From: a bacterium
GTDB lineage: Bacteria > SAR324 > NAC60-12
Length of the DNA stretch: 64,000 bases
Assembly: GCA_965209155.1 (NCBI GenBank)
Contig: OZ242383.1
Coordinates: 3,648,001 to 3,712,000 of the forward strand
Reading direction: 5' to 3'
A model generated the notes under the pieces. The model worked only from the letters and a program-made list of their open reading frames with translations, ran no database searches and had not been told where the DNA came from. Below, piece after piece: positions 19,188 to 28,768 of this stretch. Each line of letters begins with the position of its first letter. The stretch's first letter is position 1. Both the position numbers and the translations under genes were made by a program.

Positions 19188-20030
19188 ATGAACATTCGCG
19201 TCTCACCAGAGGAACTTCGCGCCGATCGAATGTCGGCAGCCCACGTTGAAAGAGCGGCCGAGGCGATAGATACCGACGGCTACGTCATCATGGACAACGT
19301 CGTCGCCCATGAGCATCTTGACGTCCTGCGCGTCAAAATGACGGAAGACTCGCAGAAGCTCTTACGCGCCGAGAAGTGGGGCGGAGCGGGGAAGGTCAGG
19401 GGACATCTGCAGCAAGGTGCGCCGCCGATGGTGCCCTACGTTTTTCGTGATATTGTGTCCAATCCCTTCGTCATCCAGGTGACGAAGCGGGTCTTAGGCA
19501 ACGGTGTCACCGGCCCCGGCGGCAAGATGTTCAATAGCTTCTACGGCGGCAACACCAGCTGTCCCGGCAGCCAGGAGCAAGCGCTCCATCGTGACCATCC
19601 ACATCTCTGGCCCGATCTCGAGCAAGCGCACCCGCCTTTCGCACTCGCAATCAACATCTTTTTCGTGCAAGTGACCGAAGAAAATGGTGCCACCGAACTG
19701 TGGCCCGGATCGCACTTGAATACGAAGGCCTTCGACGAGGACAACATCGCCGCACAACGTCAGGTTGCGCCACCGGTTCGCGCGGAGACGGAGAAGGGCA
19801 GCATCGTGATTCGCGACATGCGCCTTTGGCACCGGGGTATGACGAACCATTCCAACGAATTCCGTCACATGATCAATATGAATCACAACATGTACTGGCG
19901 CGTACGCCGTCAGACGTTGCGCTTCGCGACCGGCTGTGAAGCAGCGTTCGACAGCACTGACCTGGACCACAATGCCGTGTTCACGGATGAGCCGATCGAC
20001 TATCTCACGGGGGAAACCGTGGGGGCGTGA
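19188..20030 (+). CDS. Phytanoyl-CoA dioxygenase (PhyH) family protein
   Basis: LHRD (HxD), NGATELWPGSH, RDMRLWHRG; RBS GAGGAG before ATG 19188. Confidence 0.92.
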   Translation: MNIRVSPEELRADRMSAAHVERAAEAIDTDGYVIMDNVVAHEHLDVLRVKMTEDSQKLLRAEKWGGAGKVRGHLQQGAPPMVPYVFRDIVSNPFVIQVTKRVLGNGVTGPGGKMFNSFYGGNTSCPGSQEQALHRDHPHLWPDLEQAHPPFALAINIFFVQVTEENGATELWPGSHLNTKAFDEDNIAAQRQVAPPVRAETEKGSIVIRDMRLWHRGMTNHSNEFRHMINMNHNMYWRVRRQTLRFATGCEAAFDSTDLDHNAVFTDEPIDYLTGETVGA

Positions 20031-20062
20031 GGGGCCGGGGGGGCCTAGCCGCTCATGCTAAT

Positions 20063-20113
20063 CTATTTCAATTCCTGTTCAACGAGCCTGGACCAATAGC
20101 TCACCCCAAGCGG
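20063..20113 (-). pseudogene. 3' stub of an M20 amidohydrolase
   Basis: Translates PLGVSYWSRLVEQELK* vs PLGVSYWSRLVEKELR* of 53639-54808. Confidence 0.85.
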
Positions 20114-20363
20114 CTTCGACGAGCATTCCTCGCAGATCCGCTTTGCCGGAGCGAGTAATAGGGCTCATGCGAATCTGATTGGTGCGAAGGGTTACGTGAA
20201 AACTCTTCTTATGCACGTCAATGCCAACAAAAAGGATTTGGCCTGATAATGATTCAATGTTATTTTTTTTCATGACAGTCTCCTTTTAAAAGGGTTGTTT
20301 ATAGTTTGATAAACTTTATTATTATCACAACCCTCGGAGACTGTCTGGTTTACATAGTAACTA
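20106..20363 (-). mobile_element. IS110 family remnant: left non-coding end plus internally deleted transposase
   Basis: FVGIDVHKKS (RuvC N-terminus) fused to ITRSGKADLRGMLVEAAW (C-domain); upstream GACAGTCTCC...GGAGACTGTC stem covering the RBS. Confidence 0.8.
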
Positions 20364-20367
20364 TGTG

Positions 20368-21001
20368 GACCTCATAGGCGGCATTTCAGGATTCGTTGGT
20401 GGTAAATTTGATCTGGCGGTGCAACGCTTTGTTGATGCCTGGATGGCTTTTCCGGGACTGTTGCTCTTGCTCATCGTCATGTCCATTGTGGGAAGGGGTC
20501 TCTTCCAGATCATCGTGGTGCTGGGGTTGTCGGAGGCATCAGCGGCTCCAGAGTCGTCTGAAGCGCCGTGATCGGTATCAAAGAAAATGTCTATTTTCTG
20601 CCAGCCCCGGCCGTGGGCACCCCCACAGCCCAAATCCTGGTCCACCATGTGCTGCCCAATATTATGGCACCCCTCATCATCATCTTCAGCATCAACATCG
20701 GGGGGGTGATTATGTCTGAAGCGTCGCTGAGCTTCCTGGAATTCGGTCTGCCCGTCGATTTTCCAGCTGGGGAGGGATGCTCAGCCGGGATGGGCGCAAA
20801 TACATGGAGGCCGCGCCTTGGTTAGCGCTCTGGCCGGGGCTTTGCCTGACGATTGTCGTCTACTCCCTCAACATGTTCGGCGACGCCGTGAGGAACCTGT
20901 TCGATCCCAGGCTGCGGGGCGAGCAGGGCAGTTACGGCACTGCTGTGGTGAAACGCAAACAAGGCTTCCTGGCCCGACTGATCAACCCTCTCAACGGGTA
21001 A
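20368..21001 (+). pseudogene. 5'-truncated, frameshifted DppC-type permease (paralog of 14891-15847)
   Basis: Near-identical to 15221 onward; split over three frames. Confidence 0.9.
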
Positions 21002-21088
21002 GGGCTTGTTACAAAATCAAAGAGGAGTAGGGCCATTGATAATTTGCGTGGTAATTGACGACCTCGATGTAAAGAGCGTTCCCAATTC

Positions 21089-21994
21089 TCATATCAAAAT
21101 GACGCAATCGTCATCGAAGGGTTCCAGCTTGTCCCCCACCCGATCTTTCTCATCGAAGCCCTGCAAGATTTCCAGGCCGACTCGTCTTTTTTCCTGATCC
21201 AGAGGAACATAGGGGAGACGGAATACCGGGGCGGTCGCGCCTGTCATGGCCAATGCCGTGTTCAAAGGGATGGGGTTGGGTTCACAAAAAAGCCAGGACA
21301 TCAGCGAACGGAGTTGTTCATTGAGCTGGGCGTCCTCGCTGTCCATCAAACGGCGCATCAGTCCGGGCACCACGTTACTCGTCACGGAAATCACTCCATT
21401 GGCGCCACTGTCATGGCGTGAGTAAAAACTGTCGTCGTCATTGCCTGACCAGCAACGGATTCCTTGTTCTGTGTACCCGGCAATCCTTTCCGGACCCTGG
21501 CACTCTTTGATTCCTTTAAAATTGGGATGTTTCGCCAATTCCAGCATCAACTCGGGCTGGAGATCCTGTCCGGTTCGACTGGGGACATTGTAGACAATTG
21601 CCGGTCCCAAATCGAAGACGCGCGCAAAATGAGCTTTCAATCCTTCACTGGAAGTTTTTCCATAGTAAGGATTGATTTGCAACGAGGCATGCATGCCCAC
21701 GGCAAATCCTTGTTTGGTGGCATGATCTGCCTCTCTCGTATTATTGCTTCCCGTATTTCCCACAATCACGAGTTGGTTTCCGAATTGATGAACACTGTGC
21801 GCGATCAACATGATGTGCTCATCCCAACTCATCAAGTGACCTTCGCCGGTGGTACCACCCACTATCAAACCTTCCACTCCATTTTTTACTTGTTGTTCGA
21901 CCAGAAAATCAAAAGTATCCAGGTCGATATCCCCATTGTTCTGATAGGGAGTTTTGATTGCTGTCAATAATCGTGTCGTATCTAATCTTTCCAT
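21089..21994 (-). CDS. dapA: 4-hydroxy-tetrahydrodipicolinate synthase (plant-like type)
   Basis: GGTTGEG, GNTGSN, PYYGK, YNVPSRTG, GIKEC, SGNDD, EPNPIP; AAGGAG before ATG 21994. Confidence 0.95.
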   Translation of the reverse strand: MERLDTTRLLTAIKTPYQNNGDIDLDTFDFLVEQQVKNGVEGLIVGGTTGEGHLMSWDEHIMLIAHSVHQFGNQLVIVGNTGSNNTREADHATKQGFAVGMHASLQINPYYGKTSSEGLKAHFARVFDLGPAIVYNVPSRTGQDLQPELMLELAKHPNFKGIKECQGPERIAGYTEQGIRCWSGNDDDSFYSRHDSGANGVISVTSNVVPGLMRRLMDSEDAQLNEQLRSLMSWLFCEPNPIPLNTALAMTGATAPVFRLPYVPLDQEKRRVGLEILQGFDEKDRVGDKLEPFDDDCVILI

Positions 21995-22074
21995 AATTCT
22001 CTCCTTTAAGAATGAATACTCGAAGTTATGCTTTCTTTGGAAAAAAAGCAATGAGCAAATGAAATTGATGTCAA

Positions 22075-23247
22075 TTGAATGACAAAGTGCTATTCATGGA
22101 AAAAGCAGGTCCGATACAAACTCGCAACAAACCCGTGGGGAATCATTTGCATCAAGATTATCTATTTCGCATCGTCCGACCCTTTTTGTTCAAGCAAGAT
22201 CCGGAAAAAGTTCATGAACAGACGCTGTGGACAATACGGCAGGTTTACAAATTCTCTGGCATTCCCTGGTTGATGCAAAACATCTATGGATTCGAGCATC
22301 CTGCCCTGAAAACAGAATTGTGGGGAAAGTCCTTCCCCAATCCAATCGGAATGGCAGCAGGTTTTGATAAGAACGGCATGGTTTTCAATCCATTATTATC
22401 TCTTGGATTCGGATTTGTCGAAATAGGCACGGTGACACCCCTGCCGCAACCAGGAAACCCGAGACCGCGTCTTTTTCGCTGCGAGGAAGACCAGGCCCTG
22501 ATCAATCGTTTGGGGTTCAACAATCAAGGGGCGCAAGCCTTGCTTAAAAATTTACAAGGCACCCCTCCTCTAGGCATTCTTGGAATCAACATCGGAAAAA
22601 ATAAAGAGACCCCGCTAAAGGACGCTCACGTGGATTACGAATCGGTATTGAGGTCTGCGTATGAGCTGACGGATTATGTCGTGATCAACGTCAGTTCCCC
22701 CAATACGGAAAGATTACGCACTTTACAAGAACAAGAATCGCTGTTTCGCCTGATGAGCAAAGTGCTGCAGACTCGGAAAGAACTGGTCAAGCAGGGAAAG
22801 GCGCGCATACCTGTTTTACTCAAAATCGCGCCTGATCTGACGGATGAAATCTTTCGGGATATCATATCGGTCGTCGAGGTACTCGATATAGATGGTATTG
22901 TAGCCACGAACACTACTTTGACGCGTAATAATACAAACCATGCCCGCGTTGTCGGAGAAGCGGGAGGCTTGAGTGGAATCCCTTTGCAGGAACTTTCCAC
23001 TCAGGTGATCAGCCGGTTTTACCGGCACTTTGGAAAATCTATACCGATCATTGGGGTAGGAGGCGTTTTTACGGGCCGGGATGCTTATGAAAAAATTCGC
23101 GCAGGCGCCTCTTTGATCCAGGTTTATACGGGTATGGTCTACCGGGGACCGGGAACCGTGAAATATATCAAACAAGAATTGCTGCGTTTATTGGACCAGG
23201 ATGGTTTTTCTTCAGTCCGCCAGGCGGTGGGTGCCGACTTCAATTGA
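22075..23247 (+). CDS. pyrD: Quinone-dependent dihydroorotate dehydrogenase
   Basis: AAGFDKN, GTVTP..Q.GNP.PRLFR, NVSSPNT, KIAPD, ATNTT, GGLSG; start uncertain. Confidence 0.96.
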   Translation: MNDKVLFMEKAGPIQTRNKPVGNHLHQDYLFRIVRPFLFKQDPEKVHEQTLWTIRQVYKFSGIPWLMQNIYGFEHPALKTELWGKSFPNPIGMAAGFDKNGMVFNPLLSLGFGFVEIGTVTPLPQPGNPRPRLFRCEEDQALINRLGFNNQGAQALLKNLQGTPPLGILGINIGKNKETPLKDAHVDYESVLRSAYELTDYVVINVSSPNTERLRTLQEQESLFRLMSKVLQTRKELVKQGKARIPVLLKIAPDLTDEIFRDIISVVEVLDIDGIVATNTTLTRNNTNHARVVGEAGGLSGIPLQELSTQVISRFYRHFGKSIPIIGVGGVFTGRDAYEKIRAGASLIQVYTGMVYRGPGTVKYIKQELLRLLDQDGFSSVRQAVGADFN

Positions 23248-24810
23248 TTCGAGCAGGAGGCGCGCTTCATTCAAGCTATGAATCAAGTTGGTAGCGCTCA
23301 AGAATGAGGAGGCAAGAGAAGGTTTCAAACAATCCCCCGCCGTCCCATGCAGGTATGCTCCGAGCAATGCTGCCTCTAAGGGAGGACATTGCTGAGCCAG
23401 GAAACTGCCGATTATGCCACTGAGCACGTCTCCGCTCCCTCCAGTGGCCATGCCTTCATGACCGGTTGGATTGATAAATATCGAACCATTGGCGTCACTG
23501 ATGACGGTATTCGCTCCTTTGAGCAGTAAAACCAGCCCCCAATCCATGGCATATCGACGAGTGACTTCGATACGATTTTTCTGAATTTCCGCAGTGGTGA
23601 GTCCACACAAACGGGATAGTTCCCGGGGATGGGGAGTGATGATCGTGGATGCGCTGCGTTTTTTCAGGATTTCGCAGTTGATGCAGTTCAAGCCGTCTGC
23701 ATCGATGAGCAGGGGTTTGCTTGTGGAAGCCACCAACTGACGGACGAATTTTACGGTTTCAGGCGCTTGTCCCAATCCACAACCGAGGACCACCGCATCG
23801 CGTTTTTCAATTTCAGAAACAACGAATTCCACATCCGAGGAAGTGAAATGGTGCGTAGAGTCTCCAAGCGGAGAAAGCGTCATCAGTTCAGGACATTGAC
23901 CCAAAAAGGCGTCACGCAATGCCTGGGGGACACAAGCCGTGACCAAACCACTGCCGTTCTTGATTGCCGCAAAAGACGTGAGCAAGACGGCCCCCGCCAT
24001 CCCGGAGGAGCCACAAACCGTGAGTAAATGGCCATACGTGCCTTTGTGCGCATCCACGACTCTTGCAGGAAGGAGTTGCCGTATGAATGCACGTGTGAGC
24101 AAAAAGACGGGCAAAGCTCCTTCGGGCCAGTGAGGTGGAATGGAAATATCACGGACAACCACCTTCCCTGCGTTTTGAGCTCCCGGATATTGAAAACACC
24201 CTTGTTTGCCCACTTGAAAGGTCAGCGTGTATTGACATCGCGCAGCCACCCCCATCGTTTGTCCTTGGTCCGAATGCACGCCGGATGGGAGATCGACCCC
24301 AATTTTGATCGCTTTGGAATTGGCATTGATGTCTTCAATCCAGTCTTTGAACGTTCCGGAAACCGGACGTTCCAGACCCGTACCGAAAATGGCATCGATG
24401 ATGAGGTCTGCACCCGCTACAAGAATTCGGGCGTGGGACCGGCTCTCTGAATCGGTATAGGAAACACTTTCGCCGAATTGCCTCCAGATTTTTTGATTTT
24501 GATTGGCATCGTTGGTTTTAGCCGTTCCTGCTTCGACTACGACGACGTCATAGTTGCGATTTTTCAACAGGCGAGCAATTGCGAATCCATCTCCACCATT
24601 ATTGCCTATTCCACAGCAGACTACGATTTTGGCTTCCTTTCTTTCTTGAATACAGTGTTCCTCTACCCAATCGGCCACGCTTCGCGCCGCATTTTCCATC
24701 AAAAGCAGACCGGGTATGCCCAAATGCTCGATAGCAAGACGCTCCATCTCAATCATTTCCGCTGCTGAGCAAAGTCTTTGCAATTGATGAATGGTGGGGG
24801 CTCTGAACAT
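23212..24810 (-). CDS. nnr: Bifunctional NAD(P)H-hydrate epimerase/dehydratase
   Basis: LMENA, GNNGGDG, DAIFGTG, DLPSG, HKGTYG, TPHPRE, ATGGSGDVLSG. Confidence 0.95.
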   Translation of the reverse strand: MFRAPTIHQLQRLCSAAEMIEMERLAIEHLGIPGLLLMENAARSVADWVEEHCIQERKEAKIVVCCGIGNNGGDGFAIARLLKNRNYDVVVVEAGTAKTNDANQNQKIWRQFGESVSYTDSESRSHARILVAGADLIIDAIFGTGLERPVSGTFKDWIEDINANSKAIKIGVDLPSGVHSDQGQTMGVAARCQYTLTFQVGKQGCFQYPGAQNAGKVVVRDISIPPHWPEGALPVFLLTRAFIRQLLPARVVDAHKGTYGHLLTVCGSSGMAGAVLLTSFAAIKNGSGLVTACVPQALRDAFLGQCPELMTLSPLGDSTHHFTSSDVEFVVSEIEKRDAVVLGCGLGQAPETVKFVRQLVASTSKPLLIDADGLNCINCEILKKRSASTIITPHPRELSRLCGLTTAEIQKNRIEVTRRYAMDWGLVLLLKGANTVISDANGSIFINPTGHEGMATGGSGDVLSGIIGSFLAQQCPPLEAALLGAYLHGTAGDCLKPSLASSFLSATNLIHSLNEARLLLESIEVGTHRLAD

Positions 24811-24914
24811 GGTTGTAAACTCCGTATGAAGTCAATCTCGTAGTCTTTTTTCTGATCTGCTTTGTCCTTTGCCGTTAAAGTTCATTCACGCGTTGATGAC
24901 GATATGCCGTACAT

Positions 24915-25844
24915 TCAATTTCTATCCATTGATTGTAAATACGCGCGCCAGGAAGCAAATGTCGTTGTCAGCAAAATGATAGCACCTCCTGAAAGCGTTT
25001 TCCACGTCGGTACTTCACCAAGCAGCATGTACGCCAAAACCACTCCGTAGACTGGTTCCAGGCAAGTAAAAATGCTGGCCAACTGCGCCTTGATGTGGAT
25101 CAATCCACGAATAAAAAGAACATGTGAACTTGCCGTACAAAAAACACCCAACACTGCCAACAATAGAAAATCGCGGGATTGAAGATTCCAATCTGAAAAC
25201 ACGGCAAAGGGCAAAAGAAAGAGCATGGCAAACAGGTTCTGGTAAAATGCGATCATCAAGGGGGGATAGCGCTTCACATAATTTCTGTTCAACAGCGAAA
25301 GGACGGCAAACAGAAACCCGGAGACTATTCCCCACAACGCTCCTTTGGTATGTTGGTTGCTGAAATCAAATGCCGGTACCATCAACAGTGCGCCTGCCAT
25401 GACAAAAATCGTGTTGGCAATACCCATTCCCTGCATCTTCTCATTGAAAAAATAAGGCTCCATGAAGGTGATGAAGACCGGAAAAGTGGCAAAGGTCAAC
25501 AAACCGATCGCCACCGTGGACAGTTGGATTGAATGAAAAAACGCAATCCAATGCAACGCCAGGATTGCCCCCATCAGGGCCAGCATTCCTCGCTCGAACG
25601 CAGAAGAAAATGGACGAGAATCGCTGAAAAATCGTAAGACGAGATATAAAATGAGGGAAGCGAAAAAGGTACGACCCCAAACGATCACCAGGGGTGCCAC
25701 ACTGAGAAATTTTCCAAACAATCCGGTAAAACCAAAAAGCAGAACCGCTAAATGAATTTCAAGCAAACTGGCCGTTTTCCTGTTCATACCTGGCACGTCT
25801 TCCTTCATGCAGCCTCGACGATTGTCGTCTTGGAAAATTTCCAA
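24915..25844 (-). CDS. DMT/EamA family transporter
   Basis: About 10 TM segments, HLAVLLFGFTG, LALHW, LEPVYG; real start probably near 25787-25810. Confidence 0.9.
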   Translation of the reverse strand: MEIFQDDNRRGCMKEDVPGMNRKTASLLEIHLAVLLFGFTGLFGKFLSVAPLVIVWGRTFFASLILYLVLRFFSDSRPFSSAFERGMLALMGAILALHWIAFFHSIQLSTVAIGLLTFATFPVFITFMEPYFFNEKMQGMGIANTIFVMAGALLMVPAFDFSNQHTKGALWGIVSGFLFAVLSLLNRNYVKRYPPLMIAFYQNLFAMLFLLPFAVFSDWNLQSRDFLLLAVLGVFCTASSHVLFIRGLIHIKAQLASIFTCLEPVYGVVLAYMLLGEVPTWKTLSGGAIILLTTTFASWRAYLQSMDRN

Positions 25845-25881
25845 CGGCGATAAACGATTCTGCTTGTTGTCAATTTCCGGA

Positions 25882-26163
25882 TTATCTCCTCATTTCCTGT
25901 TGGACCTTTCTCATTTCCTGGAGGATTTCTTGAAAAACGCGATGAAGGCCTTCATTGGAAAGAGGACCTGCGTTCAAAAGGGAAAGATTCTCAAAAATCT
26001 GTTGCTCTCGTCCAGGAGCAAATACGTCCTGGTTTGCCTTTTTTTTGATTTTTCCTATTTCCAGGTTCAACTGCGCCCTTTGATTCAATAACCTGACCAA
26101 TTCACGGTCGATCGCATCAATTTTTCTCCTGTATTCTTCCAAGGCCGACGTGGTCAACTTCAA
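25882..26163 (-). CDS. Chorismate mutase (AroQ type)
   Basis: RRKIDAIDRELVRLLNQRA, IGKIK, PGREQQI. Confidence 0.9.
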   Translation of the reverse strand: MKLTTSALEEYRRKIDAIDRELVRLLNQRAQLNLEIGKIKKKANQDVFAPGREQQIFENLSLLNAGPLSNEGLHRVFQEILQEMRKVQQEMRR

Positions 26164-26310
26164 TATCCAATGAAGGTTTCTGTTTCTCTTGAGGGTACTG
26201 CGTTAAAATTCCAAATATTGCCCCGCAATTCAAGTAAAAAAAGGAGACCGCTTTAATCATCATACCTCAGTTTGGATCAAGGGAGGCAAAAAAATCCTGT
26301 GCTTCGTCTG

Positions 26311-26404
26311 AAATTCTGATAAATGCCTTGAAAAAATTGAAGGAGGTATCGGATTATCAATCCTTTTGTGAGATGAGTATCGCCAGGATTTACTGGGGGG
26401 AAGG
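26311..26404. repeat. 94-bp dispersed repeat, copy 1
   Basis: Gap-free match to 47890-47983, about 14 mismatches. Confidence 0.85.
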
Positions 26405-26458
26405 CGGAGGAGAGATACCCTCCATATCCGCCGCATCTTGGTAAAAAATAGTCAAAAA

Positions 26459-27322
26459 CTACGCAGGGCCATCGATCAATGCACGCGGGCCCTCCGTTAT
26501 TCCTGCTCCCATCTTCCCAAAGTGTCCGTCGTACGAAAACCATATTTTGAACCCCAACTGCTCTTTTGCAGCGTGCGGTATTAACTCCAAAGCCTCTGTT
26601 GTCGCGAGCACGTTGTTCTCCGCGGTTCGAAATTGGGTCCCCCACGTAGTCGTAGTGCATGAGGGTGCCAGTGCACGACTTCGCAAACCAGGTGCGGCCA
26701 TCAAGGAGAAGCACGTTTCCTGGAGAGAGTGCCAGCTCAATCATCCCATCCTCGAGGTGGGAAGAGGAACTCTCCACTGCGCTTGGGTTTCGGCCAGACA
26801 GATGCGATCCAGGGAGCAATCGGACTGTAGTGCAACTGTCACACTACCAACCCGCAGCCGCGGCAGTGCTGACTTGCGCTGAGGTGGCGGCATCCACCAC
26901 GAGTCTAAATGCAGTGGCCAAACCTGTATGCCATCCAGGTGAAACGGACATTGAAAGATCTGCATAATGAAGCGCTCACCGAGAACATGCTGGGCGATAC
27001 TGATAAACCAAGGGTGTTCCATCAGCTGCAAGAATTCATCTCCACGGTTCTGCAGGTTACCGAGCTGAGCCCTTCCTGGCGGCCCAGGCCGCTTGATGCC
27101 CTCAAATTTCCGTGGGCCACCAGACTGCTCCATAAGAAGGGCTGCATAATGCTTCACCTGCTCAGGCGACAATGCTTCTTGGAGCATGCAGTAGCCGTAA
27201 ATATCAATGTCGGATTTGGCCTGCTCGAGATCTGTCGTGAGTTTCGGCAACTTGGAGTAATCATCGATGAAAAGCCCACGCGTGGGGAACTCGAAGAATT
27301 CCTCTTGTTTCAGTTTTTTCAT
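26459..27322 (-). pseudogene. Internally deleted duplicate of the tandem-PhyH gene
   Basis: 26422-27436 duplicates 31701-33780 minus 1063 bp; frameshifted at TGTCACA (26837-26843). Confidence 0.93.
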
Positions 27323-27445
27323 TTCAGTTTTTTCAAAAAGAAATTGTTCATAAAAGAGATTCTTCTAGAGGGAAGCTCAATCGTTCCGGCGATGTATCTC
27401 AGCTATGCTATGGATTGACCAATACTTAACGCAAATAGATCCTTA

Positions 27446-27504
27446 AAAAATGGTAACTGTCCCCAGATTTTAAAAATGGTAACTGTCCCCAGATTTTAGA
27501 TTTT
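27446..27504. repeat. Tandem 26-bp repeat AAAAATGGTAACTGTCCCCAGATTTT x2 plus AGATTTT
   Basis: Direct reading. Confidence 0.95.
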
Positions 27505-27593
27505 CATCGATTTGTGCTTTCCAAAGAATAAAGGTATATTGAATCTAGATTCATGTGGTTCATTAAAGTATCCTAGAAAGGAGGAAATTGCTC

Positions 27594-27836
27594 ATGAAAC
27601 GAACACGAGCCTATGAAGAAGTGATCGATTTTATTGCGGCGGGGGTGAGTCCCCAAAATCTCATTGATTTTGAACCTTCCCAGGAAGTCAGAACTTACGT
27701 TTCCGATCTGGTGGTCAAAGAAAAAACATCAGGACTCTCTTCTGAAGAAAAGTCAGAACTGGATCATTATATGGAACTCGAACATTTCATGAGATTAGCT
27801 AAAGCGCGCGCTTTACAATATCTGACCCATGAGTAG
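27594..27836 (+). CDS. Small hypothetical protein coupled to HNH gene
   Basis: AGGAGG RBS, stop overlaps HNH start; 'SELDHYMELEHFMRLAKARA'. Confidence 0.75.
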   Translation: MKRTRAYEEVIDFIAAGVSPQNLIDFEPSQEVRTYVSDLVVKEKTSGLSSEEKSELDHYMELEHFMRLAKARALQYLTHE

Positions 27837-28269
27837 CCACATCCCTGAAACGCTTCGTCGATTCGTGGCCGTTCGAGCCAATTTTCTCTGTGAATATTGT
27901 TTGATACACGAAACAGATACCTTCCTGAAATGTGAAGTGGATCATATCATCAGCCTCAAACATAAGGGGCCAACCCACGCTGACAATCTTGCTTATGCCT
28001 GCTTCATTTGTAATCGTCTCAAAGGAAGTGATGTCGGTTCTCTCCTCTGGGAAACAAATCAATTTGTTCGATTTTTTAACCCTCGCCTTGATCGGTGGGG
28101 AGATCATTTTCAATTCAATGAAGGAGCGATTCATCCTTTGAGTGACATCGGCAAGGTCACTGCTCATATTTTAAGGTTCAACGATTCCGAGCGTATTTTG
28201 GAACGAGAAACTTTAATGCTCCGGGGGAAGTACCCCTCACCAGCGGCACAAGAGCGGATGAGGCAATAA
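27829..28269 (+). CDS. HNH endonuclease
   Basis: CEYC, VDHII, NLAYACFICN.LKG, FFNPR. Confidence 0.9.
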   Translation: MSSHIPETLRRFVAVRANFLCEYCLIHETDTFLKCEVDHIISLKHKGPTHADNLAYACFICNRLKGSDVGSLLWETNQFVRFFNPRLDRWGDHFQFNEGAIHPLSDIGKVTAHILRFNDSERILERETLMLRGKYPSPAAQERMRQ

Positions 28270-28360
28270 AATAGTGGGTAGGATAATAAGAGATTAGGCC
28301 TCAGGATTGCTACATAAAAAAGGCTTTCAGAATCAATGAGGCAATCCCTGCTATAGCTAC

Positions 28361-28690
28361 ATAGGAAAATCAAAAATTTGCAGCGACCTTACCCTTTGCA
28401 AATGAGTGTGTAAAGCGGGGTGCCCGCTTTTCTTCTGGGCAGGCCGGATTTTAGACAAGGGGATCCCTGAGGTTTAAAGGACCCATTGCGCATCACAAAA
28501 ATAGGTTTCATCCAACGGAGTGCCGCTTCCGCAGACGTGGTCCGGCATCCCGGCCGCATCGGCGTACCGGCCCAGCGGTTTTATTTTGTTTCTCATAAAC
28601 CGTCACCTTGTTGTCCTCGAGATTCAATCGGCAGGCGCTCCTGTAAACCCTTTCCACAGAGATCGCTGCCCGGCTCATATATCTGGCAAT
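28361..28690 (-). mobile_element. IS91-family remnant: deleted Y2 transposase fragments plus oriIS-like end
   Basis: ARYMSRAAISVERV fragment; C-terminus ETYFCDAQWVL* matches EAYFCDAEWGL* at 41891; minus strand ends TTGATTTTCCTAT. Confidence 0.7.
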
Positions 28691-28768
28691 GGGGTTTTCT
28701 GCAGCGTCATCGTTGGTTTGGCCAAAGGCTTCTAACTCCTTCAAGAGTTTCAATAATTCGGGTGTCAC
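28691..28768 (-). pseudogene. 5' stub of a gene coupled to the enolase-family gene (possibly O-methyltransferase)
   Basis: GTGA overlap with GGAGG RBS; VTPELLKLLKELEAFGQTND; family call from memory only. Confidence 0.35.

Noticed and set aside
8430..21050. Integron cassette array or prophage
   Set aside because: No tyrosine integrase, no recurring attC sites, mixed gene orientation, only one phage-like stub
26045..26058. oriIS-like TTGATTTTTCCTAT
   Set aside because: Lies inside the conserved chorismate mutase coding sequence; likely chance
27446..27504. CRISPR array
   Set aside because: Two adjacent units without spacers; no cas genes
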